Origin: a virus
Taxonomy: Duplodnaviria > Heunggongvirae > Uroviricota > Caudoviricetes
DNA length: 64,000 nt
Direction: 5' to 3' (one strand)
Virus record (IMG/VR): IMGVR_UViG_3300033463_000024
Both the position numbers and the translations under genes were made by a program. This document shows, one piece after another, positions 53,849 through 63,141 of the stretch. Below the pieces are notes generated by a model. The model searched no databases and was not told where the DNA came from. It worked only from the letters and a program-made list of their open reading frames with translations. Within the stretch, counting starts at the first letter, position 1, and the number at the start of each line of letters is the position of its first letter.

Positions 53849-54058
53849 TCACCCTGTGTAGCATTTCCGCTTGCATTCGGGACAATTATACACGAATTCC
53901 CCGGTCATCGAAGTTTCGCAGAACTTCTGAGACACCATGAACTCGCACCCGCAGTGGACGCACTTGAAGGTCAGCTTGTTGCCTGATTTCAGTATAACGA
54001 CATCAGGCTGATTACATTTTCGATGAGGATTCATCTTTCCATAGCCCGCAAAAATCAT
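53849..54058 (-). CDS. small zinc-ribbon protein
   Basis: CVHCG...CPEC; ATGA coupling. Confidence 0.7.
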   Translation of the reverse strand: MIFAGYGKMNPHRKCNQPDVVILKSGNKLTFKCVHCGCEFMVSQKFCETSMTGEFVYNCPECKRKCYTG

Positions 54059-54294
54059 AGAGTTAATACCTCGTATTTTACTACCTTCTGGCGTATTTCC
54101 CCACACTTCTTGCATTTCAAGACATACAGGAACGCACAGGGTCTTATATCACTTTCGCCATACACCGGCAATTCTTCAATGGTTTCCCACTCATGCGCAC
54201 ATAAATGTTTCAATACCAGGTGGACAATTAATACCACAGCAGCGGATACAATCAGCAGAGCGATCAGGACACACAGTTCAAACGACATAGGCAC
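54055..54294 (-). CDS. membrane-anchored zinc-ribbon protein
   Basis: TM then CAHEW...CKKCG. Confidence 0.7.
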   Translation of the reverse strand: MPMSFELCVLIALLIVSAAVVLIVHLVLKHLCAHEWETIEELPVYGESDIRPCAFLYVLKCKKCGEIRQKVVKYEVLTL

Positions 54295-54297
54295 TCC

Positions 54298-54498
54298 TCA
54301 CCATTCACGAATATGCCCGTCCTCATAACGGGTCTTATAGATTTCAACATCCCAATTACCACTGGAAGTCTTCCAGTAGCGGGCCCAGTTTTCGGTATAT
54401 TCCCCGATGTGAAGACCGGGAAATACCTTGGATACAAAGTGAACCGGATGACCAAATTCATCCAGTTCAGGTTTCATGTTCGGATCAATCTTGTCCAT
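54298..54498 (-). CDS. hypothetical protein
   Basis: GAGGAG RBS. Confidence 0.65.
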   Translation of the reverse strand: MDKIDPNMKPELDEFGHPVHFVSKVFPGLHIGEYTENWARYWKTSSGNWDVEIYKTRYEDGHIREW

Positions 54499-54500
54499 TC

Positions 54501-54815
54501 TTATCTCCTCGGACTGTCAAGCACATAGCTGTAATCGTGTATAATTTCATCTATCAACACACTCCACTTATGGGATTCCATGAACGGAATCGCATCCATG
54601 CGGAAGGCACCAAGGTCCGGGTCGTAATTGTAATCCTTCTCTAAGCACAGGTGGCAGGACATGTTCGGAAATGTATGGAATATGCTCTCAAACTGCAACA
54701 TCTTGGCAAAGATGTTACCGAGGGTATTCAAATCGGTCGAAGCAAACACCGTATATCGGGTATTCCGTTCGTCCTCATACAGGATGGCATAATGTTCTAC
54801 TTGTTCTTCACTCAT
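54501..54815 (-). CDS. hypothetical protein
   Basis: Operon ORF. Confidence 0.7.
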   Translation of the reverse strand: MSEEQVEHYAILYEDERNTRYTVFASTDLNTLGNIFAKMLQFESIFHTFPNMSCHLCLEKDYNYDPDLGAFRMDAIPFMESHKWSVLIDEIIHDYSYVLDSPRR

Positions 54816-55153
54816 ATGGCGAACGCCTTCTCGTTAAACTTTGTACGGGCATGCTTGACGGCTTCCTCGTCTGACGCATCCACGATGAGACCGCGGTAGA
54901 ACTCTGCCGGGAAGATGCCCTGTTTGGCCTTCCAGACGAAAAGCAGGGTCTTGCCCTGGTAGCCGTCCACCTGACATTCAACGCCATCACGGCCTTCTTT
55001 GGAGGCAGTCTGCAATTCTTCAAGGTCGTCCTTGGCCACGGCCACGATGTCATAGCCGAAGAAATCCTCTACCTTTCCATGAAGATAGAGACCACCGATG
55101 CCATGCCACTTCTGGTCACCGTCTTCAATCTTTTCAACACTAGCGAACAGCAT
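54812..55153 (-). CDS. hypothetical protein
   Basis: TAATG coupling to coaD. Confidence 0.7.
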   Translation of the reverse strand: MLFASVEKIEDGDQKWHGIGGLYLHGKVEDFFGYDIVAVAKDDLEELQTASKEGRDGVECQVDGYQGKTLLFVWKAKQGIFPAEFYRGLIVDASDEEAVKHARTKFNEKAFAI

Positions 55154-55689
55154 TATTTACCTCTCTTGCTATCAATGATTAAGTTTGCCACCGGTTCCGG
55201 GACCGGGATTTCATCCAGCGGGAGATACTTGACCATCTCCCGCACCAACGAACTTGATACGCTCCGGTATTTCGGTTTCGCAATCAGCGGGATGAACTCG
55301 AAACGGATCATGTGGCTGAACCACTTGTACTGGTCGGCCAGGTTCAGTTCATCGGTAGCATCGGTTGCATTACGGATGCCGCGGATGATGTTCATGCAGT
55401 TTTCGAGATATTCGCGGTGGTTGCTCATGTAGTCGAGAACGGTATGTTCCGGCTTCAAGATGTCCACCATGAACTCCGTCTTTGGACAACGGCCCTTGGT
55501 GCCCGCTGTTATAAGTGCGGAATAGATGGCATTCTTCATTTCCTCAGCGGGAAGGAAGCGTTCCCCCTTGCCCGGGTTCTGGGAAATCAGGATGACCACC
55601 CTGTCAAACAGGTCGCCCGCACGGAGTGCGATATCGAGGTGACCGTTGGTAAAGGGATCGAATGAACCGGGATATACACAGGTTTTCAT
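55153..55689 (-). CDS. coaD: phosphopantetheine adenylyltransferase
   Basis: YPGSFDPFTNGHLDI, IIRGIR, VSSSLVRE. Confidence 0.92.
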   Translation of the reverse strand: MKTCVYPGSFDPFTNGHLDIALRAGDLFDRVVILISQNPGKGERFLPAEEMKNAIYSALITAGTKGRCPKTEFMVDILKPEHTVLDYMSNHREYLENCMNIIRGIRNATDATDELNLADQYKWFSHMIRFEFIPLIAKPKYRSVSSSLVREMVKYLPLDEIPVPEPVANLIIDSKRGK

Positions 55690-55697
55690 TGTTGCTC

Positions 55698-56165
55698 CTA
55701 GTAGCAGACGCCTGGGAATCCGCAAGTTTCCGCCACGTTGTTCAAGATTGTTTCGCGTTCGGACTGGGAAAGTGCCGGGATGTGCCTGTACCGGGTCTCA
55801 ATATCGTACTTCGCCTTGGCCAGCCAATAAAAATCCTTCATGCGCCAGTCTATATCGGTAAGCCGGTCATATGCCTCCCCGCGTTCCCATGCGGTGAGCA
55901 TTTCGGAATTGAGTCGCTTGCGTCTACGGCATTCCGGCTTCACCTGGCCACAGTCGAGCGCATGTTTCATCGCGTCTTCACGGTCAAGGTACACAATTTT
56001 GTCATCCACGGAAGCGGCAAACCCGTCACCATGGCTTTGACAGACATCATAAAACTGCAAAAGCTGGGTAAACGCTTCGCCATGGTCATGGCCCTTGCCG
56101 AACGGGGCATTTATTGGCTGTCCGGACGGCACAAACTTGCCAAGGCAAACTGCTGCGATAATCAT
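55698..56165 (-). CDS. hypothetical phage protein
   Basis: AGGAGAC RBS. Confidence 0.75.
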   Translation of the reverse strand: MIIAAVCLGKFVPSGQPINAPFGKGHDHGEAFTQLLQFYDVCQSHGDGFAASVDDKIVYLDREDAMKHALDCGQVKPECRRRKRLNSEMLTAWERGEAYDRLTDIDWRMKDFYWLAKAKYDIETRYRHIPALSQSERETILNNVAETCGFPGVCY

Positions 56166-56173
56166 TCTGTCTC

Positions 56174-56395
56174 CTAGTAAAATGTGCGGGTCAATTCGTC
56201 GGCCAGACGGTACAGGTTGTTCAGTTCCTGTTCCGTCATGGCGCCGAGTTCGTCCTCGGTAAAGATTTGCTGCAAGCAGAAGAACGGATCGTACCAGGAT
56301 TCGCTACATCCCATGCTGTTGCGGCCCGGAATGGGCTTCGCATTCTTGCACTGTTCAAGGAGCTGTTCCTTGGTGAAATGTTCACTTTTCGCCAT
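56174..56395 (-). CDS. hypothetical protein
   Basis: Operon ORF. Confidence 0.7.
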   Translation of the reverse strand: MAKSEHFTKEQLLEQCKNAKPIPGRNSMGCSESWYDPFFCLQQIFTEDELGAMTEQELNNLYRLADELTRTFY

Positions 56396-56397
56396 GA

Positions 56398-57282
56398 TTA
56401 CCAACCTACCTGTTCAGAGATTTTACTTTCCAAGTTCATTTGGTCAAGATTATTTCTGATTATGCCACGCCACAATACCTCTCCGCCATGTTCATTGCTT
56501 TTGGAGAATACCGCCTTATAAAATCCATCTTCTTGTTTTTCAAAATAGACAGTATAGGCTACTAACGACCTACTGAACCGAATATAGTCGATGTGTTCAT
56601 TAGCGTTATGAATACCCCTAATTCCACCTTCATGAATACACTTGATTCCCAAGTTTGCCAGTAGATTTCCAACCTTCTCAATCGGGTTACCCAATTCCGG
56701 TGCATTATTCTTTTCGATATCAGCACACGAGCGGGGGCAGGCCGCATTAGAATCGCAGTCCTGGCATTGTTCCGGGGTAGCCTTTATGCAAGATTCCATC
56801 GTTTCACCTACGGGGGAATCATCCTTCTTGGGTTCAGCGGGTTCGCTTTCCGTAGTATGCTGTTCGGCAAACTTTTTAGCTTTCTCAGGTGTCAGGTCAA
56901 GTGGTACCGTAGCTATATAGTTCCTGACAGCTTCCATCTGCTTCGCCGTTTTACTCCCGGTAGTCACCTGTTTTGCAGTAATGACCGGAATGCCATTCTT
57001 CATGGCCATTTCCGTTACGGAATGGGTATCTTCCTCAGTACCGCTGTCAATGCGGACGCCCTCAACAAGGCCCAGGAATTCCTCGTTGATACAGTTAAGG
57101 AGGTGACGATAATAAGCGGCGCCTGCCTTGAATCCTTCAGAATAGGCACGTTCGGCTTCCCTGAGTTTTTGAACTTCTGAGCATACTCCCTGTGGGAAGT
57201 TCGGCTTATACATCGTGGCCAGTTGGTCACCAGCCACGCGAATGGCAATATCTTCAATCTTGATTAAGTCTTGCTTTTCCAT
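56398..57282 (-). CDS. hypothetical protein
   Basis: AAGGA RBS, MEKQDL. Confidence 0.75.
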   Translation of the reverse strand: MEKQDLIKIEDIAIRVAGDQLATMYKPNFPQGVCSEVQKLREAERAYSEGFKAGAAYYRHLLNCINEEFLGLVEGVRIDSGTEEDTHSVTEMAMKNGIPVITAKQVTTGSKTAKQMEAVRNYIATVPLDLTPEKAKKFAEQHTTESEPAEPKKDDSPVGETMESCIKATPEQCQDCDSNAACPRSCADIEKNNAPELGNPIEKVGNLLANLGIKCIHEGGIRGIHNANEHIDYIRFSRSLVAYTVYFEKQEDGFYKAVFSKSNEHGGEVLWRGIIRNNLDQMNLESKISEQVGW

Positions 57283-57283
57283 G

Positions 57284-57499
57284 TTATACATCCTTGTCGG
57301 TGCAGCTTTCTGCCAAGTGGTTGTCGATGATGGCGATTGCGTACTTGATGCCTTCGCGGAAACCCGCCTGTGCGCCCGCCTTGAATTCAAATTCTTCGGA
57401 GATATCATCGAACATCTTGCCATCCGCAAGAAACTCGGCGGTACCCCTGGCATCCCGGTCAATTTGGTTTTTATTCTTGAAAAGGTTCTCGATATTCAT
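57284..57499 (-). CDS. hypothetical protein
   Basis: Downstream of class II promoter. Confidence 0.7.
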   Translation of the reverse strand: MNIENLFKNKNQIDRDARGTAEFLADGKMFDDISEEFEFKAGAQAGFREGIKYAIAIIDNHLAESCTDKDV

Positions 57500-57513
57500 A
57501 ATATTACTATCCA

Positions 57514-57542
57514 AATGTAGCAAATTGTGCAGTGAGCGGCAA
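57514..57542 (-). promoter_or_regulatory. sigma70-like promoter (class II)
   Basis: TTGCCG-N17-TACATT. Confidence 0.7.
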
Positions 57543-57546
57543 CTGG

Positions 57547-58056
57547 CTAACCTCTCGGCTTAGAAGCGCCATTAAGCCGCATTCCCTTGTACTTGCTTGG
57601 GTGTCCTGCTTTGACATTCGGGACACCTAGACGGTGGGCCTTCTGTGATACCGCTGATATGCTGATATTGAACAGCTTGCTTATCTGGGTATAGGTCATG
57701 CCGTCAGCAATGTATTTCAGTAGTCTTTTTTCCTTTATGGTACTCCAGGTATCCTGCCTTGATGTATCGAATCCGGCCTTGTGCAAGGCCCTCTGTAACG
57801 TTTTAGGCGCAACATGGTACTCATTTGCAAGGCCACGCAGCGTACCCTCGCCGTTGCGATATTTATCCACCATTTCGGCAAGAACTTCGGGCGTGCCGTT
57901 GACCTTGGTAGGTTCACCGGCGGTGTATCCCAAAATCTTACGAATTGACCAGATTGCCATGCGGTTGATTTCGGGATATGCAGCCAAAGCATCCTTTGCC
58001 TGCCTAGGTGTTCCACGGAACAGCGGGAGAATAGATATAAATTGTTCTTCAGTCAC
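57547..58056 (-). CDS. HTH DNA-binding protein (two HTH-like units)
   Basis: TLRGLANEYHVAPKTLQRAL and MTYTQISKLFNISISAVSQKAHRLG; GTG 6 nt from -10. Confidence 0.75.
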   Translation of the reverse strand: MTEEQFISILPLFRGTPRQAKDALAAYPEINRMAIWSIRKILGYTAGEPTKVNGTPEVLAEMVDKYRNGEGTLRGLANEYHVAPKTLQRALHKAGFDTSRQDTWSTIKEKRLLKYIADGMTYTQISKLFNISISAVSQKAHRLGVPNVKAGHPSKYKGMRLNGASKPRG

Positions 58057-58062
58057 GTTCAA

Positions 58063-58091
58063 AATGTAGCAAACAGCTCAACTGATGGCAA
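58063..58091 (-). promoter_or_regulatory. sigma70-like promoter (class II), leaderless
   Basis: TTGCCA-N17-TACATT. Confidence 0.75.
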
Positions 58092-58107
58092 CCACCGGTT
58101 GGCGGAT

Positions 58108-59034
58108 TTAATGACATAGCATCCAGAGTTCGCCAAGCAGAAATCCAATCGCCAGTCCAGCAGGTATCATAACCATTCGTTTCCAGTTGAATTTCTTTTT
58201 ACGCGGGATGTACCCGGGCGCAGGCGGCAGCGACTTGATGAAGTTGTTATATTCTTCATTCGCTTTCCGTTTCTTTTCGTCTGCTTCTCGTTTTTCCGCG
58301 ACATGCTTCGATACTGTATAACTCCACTTTGCCACCCAGCTATTCTCGCCTGCCTTTACATCGGCATTTGATTGAGCCATGAGGTACGCAACTGCATGCT
58401 TAATATCATGGAATATGATGATGACTGCCTTGTCAGCACTCGACAAGTCTTCAACAATATCGAGTTCCTTCAAATGGTCATCAAACGCCATCTTGTCCTT
58501 AATCGGAAGTTTAAGGTTAAGACACCCACCATCTGGAGTAATCCCAGAAGTATTCACAACCGACAGCGGAATCGGCAATTTTACTCCTTTTCGCGTAACC
58601 CGAACTCTACGAATGTACTTACGGGTTCCGGTCAGATAGATTGCATAAAGATCAGGTTCTTCCTTATCAAGATCGTTGCCAGACATCCCATAAATCAATT
58701 CAAGGTCTTCAGGATCTGTCAAATCACGCTCTGTCATATTAGTCGTGAAATTTTCATTACCCGGCTTCGGAATTGATGAAATGAATGAAATTATCTTAGT
58801 ATTAGAATCATCAAGGCATTTTTCCGGGTGTGCCAATACAGCCTCTGCGATGCACCAGGTATCATATTCATTATTTGCGGCCATTGGTGCTCTATCGTAG
58901 ATAAACGCAACCCGTTCCACAGAGTTATAATCATCATCACCTGCATAGCGGCGGGAATTATCAGAACTTCTTTTTTTGGTGATTATAGGCATTTGGGCGC
59001 AGCGGAAATAAACCTTTGATTTATTCTCTTCCAT
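58108..59034 (-). CDS. hypothetical protein with C-terminal TM
   Basis: AAAGGA RBS; C-terminal hydrophobic helix. Confidence 0.8.
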   Translation of the reverse strand: MEENKSKVYFRCAQMPIITKKRSSDNSRRYAGDDDYNSVERVAFIYDRAPMAANNEYDTWCIAEAVLAHPEKCLDDSNTKIISFISSIPKPGNENFTTNMTERDLTDPEDLELIYGMSGNDLDKEEPDLYAIYLTGTRKYIRRVRVTRKGVKLPIPLSVVNTSGITPDGGCLNLKLPIKDKMAFDDHLKELDIVEDLSSADKAVIIIFHDIKHAVAYLMAQSNADVKAGENSWVAKWSYTVSKHVAEKREADEKKRKANEEYNNFIKSLPPAPGYIPRKKKFNWKRMVMIPAGLAIGFLLGELWMLCH

Positions 59035-59051
59035 TTTTATTTTCCTTTAGA

Positions 59052-59088
59052 TTGACATACTCCCACGGCTAAAGCCGTGGGCTTTCCG
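59052..59088 (-). mobile_element. orphan IS200/IS605-type right-end palindrome
   Basis: GGAAAGCCCACGGCTTTAGCCGTGGGAGTATGTCAA on minus; same layout as right end at 31146-31179. Confidence 0.7.
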
Positions 59089-59115
59089 TTCAGCGTAATG
59101 TCCAACGATATCCGA

Positions 59116-59144
59116 AATGTAGCAAACCACCAAGCAAATGGCAA
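59116..59144 (-). promoter_or_regulatory. sigma70-like promoter (class II)
   Basis: TTGCCA-N17-TACATT. Confidence 0.75.
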
Positions 59145-59171
59145 TATAAACTGTCTTGAAAGAGGTTTCTG

Positions 59172-59705
59172 ATGAACAGCCCGCTCGTAGTACATACCAA
59201 TCTTTCCCCGAACAAGACCACCAAGCGCACCCACGCGATTGACACAATCACCATCCACTGCACAGCAAGACAGGTGACCGCCGAGGAGCTTGGGGAAATC
59301 TTCGCAAAGAAGGAAAGACAGGCATCATCCAACTACGGCGTAGACAAGGATGGGCGCATCGGCCTCTATGTAAACGAGGAATCCAGGAGCTGGTGCAGCA
59401 GCAACGCAGGCAACGACCACCGCGCAGTGACAATCGAGGTATCAAGTGACGCCAAGGCGCCCTATGCCGTCTCCGATGCGGCCTATGCGTCACTCATATA
59501 CCTGGTGGCCGACATCTGCCGCAGGAACGGTATCAGGAAGCTGCTCTGGAAACACGACAAGACCCTCGTGGGCAAGACCGATGCCGACGGTAACCTGTTG
59601 CAGAACATGACACTGCACAAATGGTTCGCCAACAAGGCATGCCCTGGGGCCTATCTTGAAGAACGCATGTTCGACATTGCCGCGAAGGTCAATGCGTTGC
59701 TTTAA
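59172..59705 (+). CDS. N-acetylmuramoyl-L-alanine amidase (Amidase_2; endolysin-like)
   Basis: ITIHCTA, SSNYGVD, SWCS, AVTIEV, LHKWFANKACPG. Confidence 0.9.
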   Translation: MNSPLVVHTNLSPNKTTKRTHAIDTITIHCTARQVTAEELGEIFAKKERQASSNYGVDKDGRIGLYVNEESRSWCSSNAGNDHRAVTIEVSSDAKAPYAVSDAAYASLIYLVADICRRNGIRKLLWKHDKTLVGKTDADGNLLQNMTLHKWFANKACPGAYLEERMFDIAAKVNALL

Positions 59706-60096
59706 TTGAATGTAATGAAAACATTGCGGTCTGCAATGGATAATACGCTATTCTCGGTACACGGGGTGCAAATATCCTTATATTGTGTATGTCGCCCGAT
59801 TGAAACTGCTTTACATAGCTTTTGTATATTTCCGAACGGGAATTATCAAATATTGTATCATCTACATAGAAATTCGGCGCAATATTGGGATTGTTACGGC
59901 ACAAATACCCTATAACCCGTTCGGCAACATACCGGTTGCGTACAACCGCACACCATATCGTCTCATTTCCGTAGTTCATTATGAGCGCTTTCGGCTTAAT
60001 TTCATTATGGACGCCATTGAATGACATGGTGAAACGTTCTGCAAACTTCATGAGAAACCTGCCAACCAGGACACCGTATATGACATGTCTTATCAT
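59689..60096 (-). CDS. hypothetical protein
   Basis: GGAAG RBS-like; related to 35786-36256. Confidence 0.65.
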   Translation of the reverse strand: MIRHVIYGVLVGRFLMKFAERFTMSFNGVHNEIKPKALIMNYGNETIWCAVVRNRYVAERVIGYLCRNNPNIAPNFYVDDTIFDNSRSEIYKSYVKQFQSGDIHNIRIFAPRVPRIAYYPLQTAMFSLHSIKATH

Positions 60097-60098
60097 GT

Positions 60099-60299
60099 TT
60101 ACTTCGGAAACGGCATTATCCGCACTGACGACGCATTGCACTGTTCAGGGTGTTCTTCCATCCACTTGCTGCACGAATCCTTATCGAAACCGCCATCAAA
60201 CAGGATGCGAACTCTCCCTGTGGGAATAAGGAGACCGTCAGCATCGCATTCATCGCTAAGGATGTCTTCCACCACGCAATATGAGTATTGTTCAGCCAT
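60099..60299 (-). CDS. small hypothetical protein
   Basis: AGGGGG RBS. Confidence 0.6.
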   Translation of the reverse strand: MAEQYSYCVVEDILSDECDADGLLIPTGRVRILFDGGFDKDSCSKWMEEHPEQCNASSVRIMPFPK

Positions 60300-60307
60300 A
60301 GTTCCCC

Positions 60308-61045
60308 CTAGCAGTAGGTTCCGTAGAAGTACCGGTCCTTGTGGGCTTCCACCCACTTGAACATTTCCAGCAGCTCTTTGTCATGCTGGATGGAAATGTT
60401 CCCGTTCACATCTTCGCCTACCTGCTTCAATAATTCGGTAATGTCCTCGATACGGCGGTTGACCCTTGCGAGTTCTTCCTCATGACGCTTCGGATGCCGC
60501 ACGATGTTGAGCGCGTCATTCTCATAGCCAATCGCCCAGTTCACCTTCTCGATTTCGTCGATATTGTTCCACCTGAACAGGAACTGACAAGTACATGCCA
60601 CCGGGGCGACGATCCGGTCGGGCCCACAACTCGCCGATACGCTGAGCCGCTTTCCACAGGAATTGAACTCGAAATGACAGTCAATCCAGCTGTCGAAATT
60701 ACTCCCGATATCGTCATCAATCGCCTTGATTGCGGCAATGAACTTTTCGGTATCGTAGAGTATCTTGTGCTGGATGCGGTAATTGGCACACAGAACGGCC
60801 CCGAGTTCCTTGTCGAAGGACATGAAATAGTTGCTGCCCTCGACACCCTTGGGAAGGTCGTAGTACGGAGCATCGACCGCCTGGTACGAATGAGTGAACG
60901 CGGTCATAAGGTCGGCGAAGATGGGGACCTGTGTTTCCGGGTTACAGTAGATTACCCCGTCATAGTCCTCGTCCTCGTCTTCCAGGGACCGGATGCTCAG
61001 CTTGTACAGGAGCTGTACGGTTTCGCTCTGTTCATGTGTACTCAT
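60308..61045 (-). CDS. hypothetical protein, tandem paralogue of 61049-61720
   Basis: Shared ILYDTEKF / IIYDTDDF and W..IDEIE..W...Y.NDA motifs. Confidence 0.8.
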   Translation of the reverse strand: MSTHEQSETVQLLYKLSIRSLEDEDEDYDGVIYCNPETQVPIFADLMTAFTHSYQAVDAPYYDLPKGVEGSNYFMSFDKELGAVLCANYRIQHKILYDTEKFIAAIKAIDDDIGSNFDSWIDCHFEFNSCGKRLSVSASCGPDRIVAPVACTCQFLFRWNNIDEIEKVNWAIGYENDALNIVRHPKRHEEELARVNRRIEDITELLKQVGEDVNGNISIQHDKELLEMFKWVEAHKDRYFYGTYC

Positions 61046-61048
61046 TGA

Positions 61049-61720
61049 CTACCTCGAGATGAAGAAATGCTTCTTGTTCTTTTCGATGAACTCGAAGACT
61101 TCTTTCTTATCCATGGCGAAAAACTTGCATTCCTGGAGCTTCTTCTCGTGCGCCGCCTTGTTGAAGCAGATGTTGAAGGCATCGTTGTCGTAGGCAAGCA
61201 TCCAGTCAGTATGCTCGATTTCATCAACCGATTTCCATTTCGCCATGAAGTTTTCATGAAGAGGAACCTGGGTCACGATGGCAATGACATCGGACTGGGC
61301 CTGGGGAGAATATAGAGTACGTCCGACCTTGAAATCTCGCTGTTCAAGACTTTCGCCCCAACCGTCGGAGAACTGGCCTTCCGCATCATCGATAATCTTG
61401 GCCAAGGTTTCCTTGAAATCGTCGGTATCATAAATGATGTTTTGGTCAATGTAGTACCCGACACAAAGGCAGATACCCTTCTTCTTGTCCCATGTGAGGA
61501 AATGTTGGGCGGGTTCGACACGCTTCGGCAAGTCCTCCTCGTTGTGCGGGAAGTTGCGTGAGAACCATGAGGGTCCGAACCAGGTGAGCAGTTCCGGGAA
61601 GATTTTCCGTTCCTCGTCGAGGTCAATGTCACCATAGTTCTCTCCTGTACGGGTATTCACTTTGCGGACATTCACCTTGTAGTAAATCTGGACGATATCT
61701 GCACTGTATGTTTCTTTCAT
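61049..61720 (-). CDS. hypothetical protein, tandem paralogue of 60308-61045
   Basis: As above. Confidence 0.8.
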   Translation of the reverse strand: MKETYSADIVQIYYKVNVRKVNTRTGENYGDIDLDEERKIFPELLTWFGPSWFSRNFPHNEEDLPKRVEPAQHFLTWDKKKGICLCVGYYIDQNIIYDTDDFKETLAKIIDDAEGQFSDGWGESLEQRDFKVGRTLYSPQAQSDVIAIVTQVPLHENFMAKWKSVDEIEHTDWMLAYDNDAFNICFNKAAHEKKLQECKFFAMDKKEVFEFIEKNKKHFFISR

Positions 61721-61721
61721 G

Positions 61722-63131
61722 TTACTTTTCCTTTCCAGTTAGGTAATACTTGACTTGGCTATCACTCAATTGCCGATAATCCTTATCGAAATCGCGTTTC
61801 CATTCCACATATCCTGTATCACGCTGGCACAACATGATGTGCTTGCCACCACAATAGACATTGAAATAGGAATATCCATCACGGCCATCCAATACCTTCT
61901 CGACCTTGGTTGCCCACGGGTACTTGATACCGATTGCCTCTTCACAGTTCTTTGGAAGATTTGCGATGCGCTTCTCTTCTTCCTCCTTGGCCTTGCGCCT
62001 GGCTTCCGCTTCGGCTACAGTTTCCAAGTGCTGGATAATAGCATCGGCAATCTCGTTTTCATCCATTGGCCGCCTTGTTCGCGGATCCGGTTCATAGCCA
62101 TCAGTGTTATCGTCATAGAGCCAGCAGTTGCACCCGCCCTTGTAGTGTCCACTGAACAAACCGGTCTCACAAATGGATGATAGGATGTTGCACATGTTCC
62201 TGTAATCACCGGGCGTGTAATATTCCTTGTTCGCATCACGAAAAGTTCTCGGCTTCAACTTGTTTGCCTCACCAATGAGGAATTCCGGCGTAATGTCCAT
62301 GGCGGCAGCTCGTATCTCGTTCACGCTGTGTACGTTCCGATAATCATCCCTGCCGTCTCGGGCACATATATCGAAGTTCGAGAACGACATCGGCCTAACA
62401 CCGGCACCCTGAATCCAATACTGGGGTGTGACATCGTTAAGAAGTGTAGGATGGTAAAACAGGAACCAGTGCATTGTGTAGTCAAGACTACAATCGGTTC
62501 CTCGCCAGTTGTGCGTGACACGCGGTTCGCATGTCACCCCACAAAGGAACACATCGTCCAAATATAACGCCCCGAACTGATAGTCCCCGAACTTGCCTCG
62601 CCATTCTTCATCCAGGCCTGGATAATCCATTGTGTTCTTTTCGATACGCCAGTTATGGTTACACAGCCAATGGTTTTTACCATTGCTCTCATTCGGGCGA
62701 AACTCGATTTTCCATTCAGGCTTCTTCTTTTCCAACGCGGTCTTGATGCGCATAAGTAACGGAAACTTTACAAAGTACGACCTTAACCGCCAGAAACGCT
62801 TCGCAATCTCGATCCTGTCCTCGATGGTGGCATGTTCCGAACGGATCTGTCTGAGCTCAATCATAAGCTTGGTAACATCCTCCCGGTCATACTTGGAGAG
62901 TTTCAGGTCCAACTTGATTTCATTGTCGATGAACTCCTTGGCAATCTTGAGACGGTCAGAAATCCTGGTTTCCTTTGCATTCTTCAATGCAGCCAAGGCA
63001 CTGCTATACGCCGCATTTGCCTTCTCCATGGCCTTCTTGGTTTCCAGTTCCTTATTGGTGCAGTCTTTCACCTGCTGTTCATGGTCCGCATTGCACTTGT
63101 CAAGCCGTTTCTTCAAATCCTTCACTGGCAT
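61722..63131 (-). CDS. hypothetical protein, coiled-coil N-terminus related to 38763-40019
   Basis: AAGGAA RBS before MPVKDL. Confidence 0.8.
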   Translation of the reverse strand: MPVKDLKKRLDKCNADHEQQVKDCTNKELETKKAMEKANAAYSSALAALKNAKETRISDRLKIAKEFIDNEIKLDLKLSKYDREDVTKLMIELRQIRSEHATIEDRIEIAKRFWRLRSYFVKFPLLMRIKTALEKKKPEWKIEFRPNESNGKNHWLCNHNWRIEKNTMDYPGLDEEWRGKFGDYQFGALYLDDVFLCGVTCEPRVTHNWRGTDCSLDYTMHWFLFYHPTLLNDVTPQYWIQGAGVRPMSFSNFDICARDGRDDYRNVHSVNEIRAAAMDITPEFLIGEANKLKPRTFRDANKEYYTPGDYRNMCNILSSICETGLFSGHYKGGCNCWLYDDNTDGYEPDPRTRRPMDENEIADAIIQHLETVAEAEARRKAKEEEEKRIANLPKNCEEAIGIKYPWATKVEKVLDGRDGYSYFNVYCGGKHIMLCQRDTGYVEWKRDFDKDYRQLSDSQVKYYLTGKEK

Positions 63132-63141
63132 GAGTATTTCC

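Noticed and set aside
59172-59705. Complete lysis cassette
   Set aside because: No holin/spanin arrangement co-oriented with the amidase is evident
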